DNA of 64,000 nt, taken from the NCBI RefSeq assembly GCF_032191835.1, contig NC_083229.1, forward strand, positions 46,624,001-46,688,000. The letters run 5' to 3'. Below are positions 21,201-30,800 of this stretch, piece by piece. Within the stretch, counting starts at the first letter, position 1, and each line of letters starts with the position of its first letter. Source of the stretch: Heteronotia binoei. Lineage: Eukaryota. Below the pieces are notes generated by a model that searched no databases, was not told the origin of the DNA, and saw only the letters and a list, made by a program, of their open reading frames with translations. Both the position numbers and the translations under genes were made by a program.

Positions 21201-24200
21201 TAATTAATTTTCTGTATTTTGTGCTAAAATAAAGAAGTTGTCTTACTTCCACTGGATGCTGTTCTTTGACTTTTTTTCAATTAGATCTATCCCTTCCAGC
21301 ACATTGGTGATATCATAAATCCTCCTTTTTTGTCTCACTGCAAGAGTATCAGCAGCCTGGTTAACAGAACAGAGATAAAGAACAATAAATGCAGATGAAG
21401 GGCAAAAGGGGAGACTCTTTAAACAGCTTCATTGAAGCTGCACAACCATCCTAGGGAATACTAATCACTAATCTAAAAGGGAAATCTTCCACTTGCCATA
21501 GGCACAGATGTGCAGTTAGATGTCTTCGACCACCTTCTCTTTTTCTGGAGTGAGACAAGGACCATCACATTCAAACAAACTGTCTATCAAGAATGACCTT
21601 TTCAAAACACACCCAGAGAATTCCCCAGCTGTCCACAGCAAGGGAATAAGTTCTTTTGGAGTTAGCCATGCATGAATCAGCATGTGGGAAGGGGGGAGAG
21701 AACAAGACATGCAGTGGCACAGGAAAAAAGTTGGCATACTTTTAATGAGCAAGGATAGAAATACAATGGCAGGTTATTCTCTTAAAAATATGTGACTTCA
21801 GAAATGTCACTTTGAGGTGGTTGACAACAACAGCGTAACGAAGATAAACCCAGTGCTTGTTTCATTTAAAAAATGGTTCCAGTACTCATATATATGGCTG
21901 CACTAATTTCCACCAGTTCCCTCTCCCTCTGAAGATCTACTCTATGCTATTCCTGAGAGTCCACTCTCTTTCTCTGGCTGTGTTGAGCAGGGCAGTGCAC
22001 AAGGATCATGACTTGAGAAATCCCTTTAAAAAGGTACTTGTATTTAAGTGCTGATGAGTATTCTCAAGAACAAGAAAGCCCTCTGTGGGCTTACTTTCAT
22101 TTTATGGAAGTGGACTTCTATTGTGTGCTTGTCTGAAATAAGTCAGGCTTGCCACAGAGCCACAATACAAAGGGAGATGGTTCAGACAGGACTTCAGTAG
22201 ATGGTATCACCTGTGAGAGATAATCATGGGCTTCCTGAGTGCTGAAGACAAGGAATAGAAAAGTTAAAATGGAAAATGGAAGAGCCATGCTCTCACTCTG
22301 TCTTACTGCACGCCTAATGGGGCTGAAAGCCACAGCAGAAGAGTTCATCATGCAACTAACTGACAACGTGATTAGCAGCCTAAGCCCCAAACCTCACACT
22401 TTTCCACTGGCATGGGCCCAGGACTCTTGGCAACCAAGCAGGCTGCCTTGACTATTTGTTTTGCCAGTACAGACAAAACAGATTTCATTTTCATACTGGA
22501 TCATAAAGCAACACTCTAAACACTTTTTGCTTATTGAACCCTAAACAAAGGGACAGAAGCTTTGATTATTCTTAAACCTGAGAAATGCATTTTCTAGTAA
22601 CAAAAAATAAATAAATCAGTGGTAGATTCTCCATTCCATAGGTCTCTAAGTATACCCTGCTGGTGGTCCATAAGCCATATTTGGAGTAATTTTGATCTTG
22701 TTTATGTGCATAGACTCAGGGTAAGTATCAGCAAAAAAAAAAAGTTAATTGTTAATAAAATAAAAAAGTAAGGCTTCCTCCTCTATATACCCCAGCCCCA
22801 CATTGCTACTTGTAGAATCAAACTTCTATCTGTTTAATTCCAGCATAGGTCCAGCTACTAAACAAACAGGGAAAAGGCTAAGAAACTTATCTGCAGTGTG
22901 AAAGCTATATTTCCTCATATCGTATTAAAAATACCTACAAATTAACTTTTCTCCCTGAAGTTTTATGCATTTGCGAAGTATCATGTTGATTAGTCATTAT
23001 TTTTCACATTCTATTTGGACACAATCTCCAGATTTTTGGGATAGCTGAAATGAGACTCCTGACTGTTCAAAAAAAAATTGAAGGCTACAATTAGACTGCT
23101 TAAGGAAACCAATACCTGTATAGTCACATAAAGCTCCCTTTCCAAATTACACTGTGTAGTCACATTCCAGTACTATAAAATACATACATTTCCACAATGT
23201 AGTGTGGGAATTGAGCAGTCAAGGAAGCAGCAGACTATGCTCACTTTCTATACTGCACTTTCATAGCTCCTCCTATTCCAAATTTTATAACCTATGTGCA
23301 ATTACAGACAATTCACATGAAGTTCAGCAAGTGATTAAGACAGTGAAACATGCAATCACAACAGTATACATATTAAAATAATAATATACATGGATTTTAT
23401 ACATTTGAAATACACTAATGTTAATAGTGCATTTCATCAAATACACTTCTAAATGCTTTCTAATCAGAATTAATTAGGAGACTAACACTTTGGGAAGTCC
23501 TGAACTAAGTGACTCAGCCATATCACCAAACATAGGTGATGCCTAGCTATTTTATATACTTCATTTATAACCATCCTTTCTTGCTGAGATTCAAGACAGG
23601 GTACAAAACATTTCTTTTAAAAAATCAATCAGATAGCAAAAATATCCAATGAACTATGCAACAAGGCCAGGATTATGGAACTGGAAAACTGCAAAGGAAA
23701 AAAAAAGGGGGGGGGGACACTGTCTAAGGCATGTCATGCTATAAGAATTATATTTGCTTGGAAAATGACATGATTATTAATGCAATAAGATGACAAATCC
23801 AGGCCTATAAGCTATGTCCTACTGTCAGAATTGATACCAGCCTTCAGTCTAATGACAAAATCTCCACTGGGGAGAAAGGTGTATAAATTATTAGGGTTGC
23901 CATTCTCCAGGTGGGATATACAAGCACAAAAAATGTGAGTAAAAAATCTCTTAAAGGAACCTTTCAATTATTTCTAACATGTATTCTATTGTATTCATAG
24001 ACTGATACACAAAGTACAATACACATTCACAAACTCATTCCATAGATTGTTAAAGTCCAAAAACAATTTTATAAAGTCCTCAAATTGCAATGCCAAATAA
24101 TGAAGATAGCTCATCCTGGAATCTCCACTCTTCCGCCTTGCGATTTGAAGCAACCGCTTGAATTTCCAGCTGGTGGTGAAATTGACCAGTAAGCACTACA

Positions 24201-26105
24201 AGACTTTAAATAGCTGTATTTCATCCAGAAAATAACATGAATCCAAGGCTTACTTCATAAGGTCTCTTATGTGCTACATAGAATATACTAGAGCTTTTAC
24301 ACAGGTTGAAGAGAGAGATAAGAGGCACAGGTTCTGATTTAAGTTACGGCCAAGAAGAAGAATTTACAGAAACATAAAGTAAGCCTAGGATTCATGCTGC
24401 CGTTTATTTTCTGGAAGAAATGCAGTGATTTGGCGACTGTGATCCATGCTATTGTCACTTTGAGAATAGACTACTGTAATGCCCTTTAAATTGGGCTGCC
24501 CTTGTCTCAAATCCGAAAGTTGCAGCTCATGATGATGATATTGGATGATATTGGATTTATATCCCGCCCTCCACTCCGAAGAGTCTCAGAGCGGCTCACA
24601 ATCTCCTTTACCTTCCCTCCCACAACAGATACCCTGTGAGGTGGGTGGGGCTGAGAGGGCTCTCACAGCAACTGCCCTTTCAAGGACAACCTCTGCCAGA
24701 GCTATGGCTGACCCAAGGCCATTCCAGCAGGTGCAAGTGGAGGAGTGGGGAATCAAACCCGGTTCTCCCAGATAAGAGTCTGCACACTTCACCACTACAC
24801 CAAACTGGCTCTCTCATGCAGAATGTGGTGGCCAGGTTGCTATTATAGCTACCTATACAGGAGCATATTCAACCTGCGCTGAAAACACTGCATTGGCTGC
24901 CTGTGGAATTCCGGATTTGTTTCAAGGGGCTGGTCTTAACCTTTAAAGCCCTATATGGCCTGAGACCTGTATGCCTTCAGGACCGCCTTTCCCCACATGT
25001 GCCCCAGAGCGCGATTCCTGGGTCAAAGGAAGCCCAGATGACTACCACCAAGGCCAGGGCCTTCTCCGTGGCAGTTCCATGGCGGAATTTGCTCCCAGAT
25101 AACATCAGAGCTCTGTGGGGCCTCTCACAGTTCTGCAGGGTTTGCAAGACTGAATTATTCCACCTTGCATTTAGTGAGTAATATGGGAGACAGCTGTCAA
25201 ATCGCCACAGAACTGATAATCTTAGCCGACATTATTGTATAAACATCATGAGCACCATCCCTGACAAGATCTTGGGATAGTACTAGCAATGTTATTGCTT
25301 ACTGATTATATAATTTCAATCGATTATTTTATTGTATAGTATTTGTTTTTAAGTTTTGTGATCTGATGTTGTGTTTTTATCAGTCACCCTGAGCCCATTA
25401 TGGAAGGGCAGGATATAAATCTAATAAAATTTAAAAAAAAATAAGACAACCTACGAGATAAATCACCATAGTACACATGAAGCACACCACAAATGCACGA
25501 ACACAGCACAACTGGTTAGTGCATTTAAATTAAAAGAGTGAACCTGTAAAGTTCGCACAGATAAAGCCCATGCACTGTACAAGCCAGGCTTCTCCCACAC
25601 AGCTACACCTATTGCTTCCCCCACCCAAAAGATTTAAAATCCCACTGGTTCTAAAGATCCCAAGTACAGAGACACTGAAAGAACTCTAAAGTTCAGGGCA
25701 CCAGAAGTTACTCATGCCTCGAAAGATTCAAGTGAAAGATGCAAACAAAAGCAGATCTAGCGTTCAGTCCCCGCCAGCCGCATCGTCTTCTCCTCCCTTG
25801 AGATCCCATTCCAGAGATTCTCCCACTGGATCCCCCAAGCCCTGACACCAGCCTGATTTCTGGGGTTCCTCTGCCCCAAGTTCAGGCCTCCCGCTGAACG
25901 CTAGCTCTCCCGTTCGCACCGCTTTCAGGTCGAGCACGCTGTCCTTGGCCTCCTGCAGGAGGGACACAAACTTCGTGGTGAGGAGCCCCAAGCTCTTCTC
26001 GTGCCGGCTGCGGCTGCTGCTGCTGCTGTTTCCTCCGCCAGCACCTGCAGCTGCTTCCACGCTGCAACTATTGCTGGGAACCGGCTCGGTCAGCGCCGCG
26101 GCCAT
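9152..26105 (-). CDS. E2F5: Transcription factor E2F5, 322 aa; complement(join(9152..9261,11272..11316,12519..12765,15850..15914,16561..16604,18168..18329,21247..21356,25920..26105))
   Basis: DNA-binding domain [18 protein letters not shown]...[30 protein letters not shown], dimerisation and marked-box region, and pocket-protein-binding C-terminus [24 protein letters not shown]. Exons total 969 nt with consistent phases. Confidence 0.97.
11272..11316 (-). CDS. E2F5: E2F5 exon 7
   Basis: [15 protein letters not shown]; tgtag / gtaaat. Confidence 0.94.
12519..12765 (-). CDS. E2F5: E2F5 exon 6
   Basis: [40 protein letters not shown]...; caag / gtaggt. Confidence 0.95.
14031..14307. mobile_element. 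hAT-type MITE (277 bp)
   Basis: TIRs caggggtggccaaact / agtttgaccacccctg; 8-bp TSD ctctggcc / ctctggcg. Confidence 0.88.
14405..15385 (+). mobile_element. L2 LINE remnant (RT fragment plus 3' tail) interrupted by a hAT element
   Basis: Reads ...[29 protein letters not shown]|[10 protein letters not shown] across the insertion, then the L2-type tail cgccctgagt...aaggctgcta. Confidence 0.8.
14726..15242. mobile_element. GC-rich hAT-type non-autonomous element (517 bp)
   Basis: TIRs cagggccggccc / gggccagccttg; perfect 8-bp TSD actggggg (14718-14725, 15243-15250). Confidence 0.88.
15850..15914 (-). CDS. E2F5: E2F5 exon 5
   Basis: [22 protein letters not shown]; atcag / gtatgt. Confidence 0.95.
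16561..16604 (-). CDS. E2F5: E2F5 exon 4
   Basis: [15 protein letters not shown]; AC acceptor, donor gtaagt. Confidence 0.93.
16999..17311 (-). mobile_element. Sauria SINE (Squam1), near full length
   Basis: Minus strand: gtggcacagagtggtaaagc tRNA-like head, Sauria core (cagcaagctgg...gcaaaccacc) and (CCTTT)n tail. Confidence 0.9.
17661..17900 (-). mobile_element. CR1 LINE 3' fragment
   Basis: aagaacataagaa...ggatctgaccagtggtccatttagtccagcatcc is the reverse complement of a CR1 3' end. Confidence 0.75.
18168..18329 (-). CDS. E2F5: E2F5 exon 3
   Basis: [46 protein letters not shown]; 162 nt. Confidence 0.96.
18580..19040 (-). mobile_element. L2 3' fragments
   Basis: tttatttatatcctgtcc...gggctcaggg tails (twice) and ggcctggcagaacagctcc / gccctgatctca body motifs. 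Confidence 0.65.
20144..20345 (+). mobile_element. Squam2-like tRNA-derived SINE
   Basis: A/B-box head tggctcaaaggtagaa...ggtcccaaattcaatccc and tail gtctgatttggtataaggcag. Related copies at 40301-40470 and 10850-10935. Confidence 0.75.
21247..21356 (-). CDS. E2F5: E2F5 exon 2
   Basis: [37 protein letters not shown]; ccag / gtaag. Confidence 0.97.
24420..25440 (+). mobile_element. L2 3' remnant interrupted by a Squam3 SINE
   Basis: DYCNAL..GLP...KLQL|MQNVVARLL and [22 protein letters not shown]; typical tail at 25385-25440. Confidence 0.8.
24532..24812 (-). mobile_element. Squam3C-like SINE, full length and young
   Basis: Minus strand agagccagtttggtgtagtgg...gagaaccgggtttgattcccc...ggcgggatataaatccaatatc(atc)n; flanking ctcatg repeat (24526-24531, 24813-24818). 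Confidence 0.9.
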
Positions 26106-26330
26106 GCTGCATCCCCAGCTGAGCTTCCCCGTGTGCTCCTCCAGTAGGCCGCAAGAAAGCAGCAGCAGCCCTGAATAGTGCGTCTGCAGCCCTTGTTCCT
26201 GAACCGCTAGCCTGAGGGGGAGAGGAAGTGACGCTGCCTGCGCAGTTGCTGGGAGACCAAGTTTTGTGTAAGGAAGATGGGGCAGCAGTTTTAGGAGGGT
26301 GGTGTGTGTGCCCCCCTCAAACTGGCACTT
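25750..26330 (-). promoter_or_regulatory. E2F5: E2F5 CpG island and promoter
   Basis: CpG-rich around exon 1; GGAAGTGACG ETS-CRE composite at 26224-26233; TGCGCA nearby. Confidence 0.7.
25920..26105 (-). CDS. E2F5: E2F5 exon 1 (coding part)
   Basis: MAAALTEP...[30 protein letters not shown]; agcATGg Kozak context; donor GCG|gtgcga. Confidence 0.96.
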
Positions 26331-26619
26331 TGGTTGCTATGTGGCCATAGAGAAAAGCCCCTTTCAGGAGGGCGCCTTTCCCTCAAATTGTTTTGTTTTC
26401 GTTCTAAAGTCCTCCCTGTACACACACAGCTTACAGTAATTAACTTCCTCCCTGTACACATGTACCTTACAGTCTCCAAAATAATATAGGGCCATAGTGT
26501 ACATTGTATAGTTCTAGCGTTTCCTACAAACGAAGCAAGTGAGGAAGGAGAAGCGCCCTTTAGTGTTCAGCAACAGAATGAACAAAGTGAAGGGCAGAAC
26601 TCTTTGTGTCAGAAGAGTT

Positions 26620-26835
26620 GGTCTTTATATCCTGCTTTTCTCTACCCTAAGGAGTCTCCAAGCAGCTCGCAATCGCCTTTCCCTTCCCCTCTGCTCAACA
26701 GGCACCTTGTGAGGCAGGTGAAAGTTCTATGACTGGCCCAATGTCACCCAGCAGGCTTCACATGAAGGAAGGTAGAATAAAACTCAGACCTTCAGATTAG
26801 AATCTGCAGCTCTTAACTACTGTACCACTATGGCT
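26620..26835 (-). mobile_element. Older Squam3-like SINE
   Basis: Degenerate reverse-complemented Squam3 body. Confidence 0.65.
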
Positions 26836-27746
26836 TTGGTGTCATGTGAATGCATATGTCCTTCACATGTAAGTTTCAAGACTGCAGCATTTAACATTGA
26901 CTAGCACATTTGCAACACTGAATTTCCCAAATATGAAATTAAGACTAGGCATGGGTAGTAGCGCATTACAGGAATAAATTAACTCCTCTGTTGTTCCCAT
27001 ACTACTGTCTCCACACTAGCACTTTTAAGAATTATAGTGCATGTCCAAATTCATCACAATATACAGTAGTAAGCTTTTATTCATTCTGATGGAAAATTTA
27101 TTTCTTTCCAAGAAGGAATGTTGCTGAGCTAAGATCTGTCAAAACTGGGTCAGGATGGCAATCCCGCTCTTCAATTATCAATGAAATGAAATGTTTCTAA
27201 TATACAGTTTGTACAGATGGAATAACTATTAAATTAGATTAAAACCTGTATTGAAGCCATCTATATTTCCAACTGCACTGTTCCTGGAGGTCTTCCACCC
27301 TTCAGGAATGATTTTTCAGGGTGTACAGACAGCTGTAGTATTGTGTAGTATCATGTCAACACTATCAAAAGCTCCCCCCGCTCAGTACCCTAGTCCTACA
27401 TGAAATAAAATGTCCAATTGTAAAATCAATACAAAGCTCATAGAATCGATCCCCCCCACTTTTCAGTATCAACATCACAAAATATAACCTCTCAGTGACA
27501 GTTCACTCACCCCCCCAAAAAATGACTTCCATGCAAAGTGATTTTCTTAACAAGTTTAACAAAATTATTTATTTTGAAAATACTGTACATATTTATGTGC
27601 AAAGGTAAGTCAGCTAACATGCAGCATTTTCCCTTCAAGACAACTCTTTAGAAAAATAACTGCTAACATGATTGCATCTGTCAAGAATACTGTCGATTTT
27701 TTTACTGGTTTTGGTAAACCAACATAGGTTTGTCAGGATCTGTAAT

Positions 27747-27869
27747 TCAGAGCACTTGTTGAATGTCACCCAAGGCAATTGTAAGTCGTTTTATTTTCTC
27801 TTCCATGGCCTTTTTATTGTTTGCTGTTTCTTGAAGTAACTGTCTCATTTCTTCTTCAACCTGATAAAC
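27747..27869 (-). CDS. LRRCC1: LRRCC1 exon 19 (terminal)
   Basis: [40 protein letters not shown]. Confidence 0.94.
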   Translation of the reverse strand, partial: VYQVEEEMRQLLQETANNKKAMEEKIKRLTIALGDIQQVL

Positions 27870-30800
27870 CTGAAATTAAATTTAAAGATGCTATAAATAG
27901 CCTTCTTTTGAATTTTGATGTATCACTACACTCAATGTTGCTGTCTTGAGAAAGCAAATGTCAATTATATACTATTTCACTATTAATGAAACATTTTTCT
28001 TGCTAGCTTTTCCCTAACAGTATGAATCTATAGAATACATTTCCCCTTCCCAAAGTTTTATAGAACGGAAGGCAAAGCTCTGACATCAGCTGAAGACAGT
28101 ACAGTGCTTGAAGGCATGAAAATGTGGCGGTATTCTCATCCAACTGTATGTGAAAAGCCTATCCATAATAATAAGCTTCCCCACCTGTTCAAAGTCTATT
28201 ATATTAAAAGGTTCACTTTGTTAGTTAAATGTGCATTTAAAGACCAGAGTTAACTAGAAAGATAATGTAACAAAATAACCTCTCCTTTAAAATTAAACAC
28301 CCAATACTAACACATTTGGTACAGCACTAATTTACTGTAACCTCTCAACATTTTCCTAATTAATCATGTTTTACAGGGCTTTCAAAAGATCTGTAAAGTT
28401 TTCACCCTCTGTTGGAAACAAATTCCACAAATTCAAAGTCATAACTTCAGTATCTGGAGCAAGTATACATCTGTAACAACCCCAGCAGCTGAGTGACACT
28501 TAACTCAACTACAGTTTACCAGCCAACAAAAATCCTAACTGACTTTCTTATTTAGCTGAGGGATGAGAAGGTGAACTGCATAGTTGAACATCTTCAGAGT
28601 TATCTATCACCTTTTCATTTGCTGCTACGATTTGCTGTTGTTTTTCATTTGCTAACTGCAGTAGTTCTGCTTGATGACTTGCTAAAGTTGATTCAAGTTG
28701 CCTTCTGAAAGCATCATCAACAGAATGAAGCTTTTCCATTGTAGCCCTAAACACAAGAGGAAACTTTAAATCTTTTCAATAACACTGCAATACTGTATCA
28801 ATACTAAAGAAAAAAATGTATTACACACACATCATAAATTACATTCAAGAATATTCCGTTTCTGTGGGTGCATTGTAGTAACTTGTCCATGCCTCAGACA
28901 TTATTCTTAACAATGTTTATGGTTGCAGCATTGTTTGTGAAGCAGCCTCACTTTGAAAACTTTGTGTTTATGCAGTAAAGAAGAGAGGAAAATAATGTGA
29001 GGAAGAAAACAAATTTGAATGTTTATCAATCATCTAGAGAAAAATTTACAAAAAACATCAGCTTTTACTACAGGAATGTTCACTTGACACTATGATCAAG
29101 ATGCTGTTGTACTGGACTGTAAAATTCCTGAACCTGCCTACTTTTCCAAATTGGGGTGGTGGTGGTACAACACCAGAAACTTATTGAATTCCAGCAGATA
29201 AACTTTATGTCCAAATTAACCATACTGGAAATTCATAATGTGCTGAACAAAGTGAAAGAATTCCTATCTCTAAAAGTAAAAAGTGGCCCTTTTTAATTTC
29301 CTGCTTAACAAGCCAACTGTTAGCACTTTTTACTAACCCCCATTCCCTATATGTCTAGTTTATGCTTGATTCTGCAAACTGGATAAACCTCCAGAGTTGA
29401 AGCAGTCTCATTGTTCTTCTGAGGCAAGGCCTCATCTCAAGCTTCAGGGTTTTCCCCAAATCATAGGGAAAAAAGACACACACATTAACACATTTTCTAT
29501 TTACTTCTGAGTTTGAAGACTTTTGTCTCTTTCTTCAATCAGGCGTTTCTCCTTTATATCAAAATTTTCTTTCATTTGTTTAACCTGTGCTTCCAGCTTG
29601 CTTAATAATCCTCCTTTATCTTGCCACTTCTTATTCATTGCACTGAAACAAATGGGCATGATCAGAATGGCTTCAAAAATTATTCACATTAGTGCAAAGA
29701 AAACATTTTCCTTACTTTACGAGCATTAAAAGTGCTTGTAAAGTGCATGTAGGATCATAAGCATGTTTCCCAGCTCATTTCAATATAGTCTGCACCAGGG
29801 GTGGAATTCTAGCAGGAGCTCCTTTGCATATTAGGCCACACACCACTGATGTAGCAATCTTCCAAGAGCTTACAAGGCTCTTTTTTGTAAGCTCTTGGAG
29901 GATTGGCTACATCAGGGGTGTGTGGCCTAATATGCAAAGGAGCGCCTGCTAGAATTCTACCCCTGGTCTGCACACTACACTTGACTTTAGCCAAAAGGCA
30001 GAGAAAGCACAATTTTGAGATTCTTTCACTCCAAAGGGGGACCCTATGTACCTGCTGCACTGAAGCTTTTTCAACCAAAGTAATAATTCAACTTCTCTAT
30101 GGCACCTTTTTTTGTATTTGGGCCGCTAGTCTACATTCCTTTGAAAAAATGCAATCTTAATTTCTTTGTGGCATTTACAGGTCCCCCTTGGTGTTCCTAA
30201 CTCCCTTCTTCACTTAGAAACATAGAATCACAGAGTTGGAAGGGACCTCCAGAGTCATCTAGTCCAACCCTCTGCACAATGCAGGAAACCCACAAATACC
30301 TACCCCAAATTCACAGGATCTTCATCGCTGTCAGATGGCCATCTAGCCTCTGTTTAAAAACCTCCAAGGAAGGAGAGCCCACCACCTGAGGAAGCCTGTT
30401 CCACTGAGGAATCGCTCTAATGGTCAGGAAGTTCTTCCTAATGTTGAGCTGGAAACTCTTTTGATTTAATTTCAACCCATTGGTTCTGGTCCTACCTTCT
30501 GGGCCACAGAAAACAATTCAATACCATCCTCTATATGACAGCCCTTCAAGTACTTGATGGTGATTATATCACCTCTCAGCCACCTCCTCTCCAGGCTAAA
30601 CATGCCCAGCTCCTTCAACCTTTCCTCATAGGACTTGGTCTCCAGACCCTTCACCATCTTTGTCACCCACCTCTGGACCTGTTCCAGCTTGTCTATATCC
30701 TTCTTAAAATATGGTGCCCAAAACTGAACACAGTACTCCAGGTGAGGTCTTACCAGAGCAGAGTAAAGCGATACTATCACATCACATGATCTGGACAATA

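Noticed and set aside
22118-22451. Overlapping 70-90 aa ORFs in E2F5 intron 1
   Set aside because: No recognisable homology or convincing splice signals.
23960-24250. Possible L1/Tx1 ORF2 C-terminal remnant (minus; [12 protein letters not shown])
   Set aside because: Similarity too weak to call without a profile search.
24740-24812. tRNA genes at SINE heads (also 17250-17311, 20144-20215, 63060-63129)
   Set aside because: A/B boxes are present but there is no complete cloverleaf, and they continue into SINE bodies.
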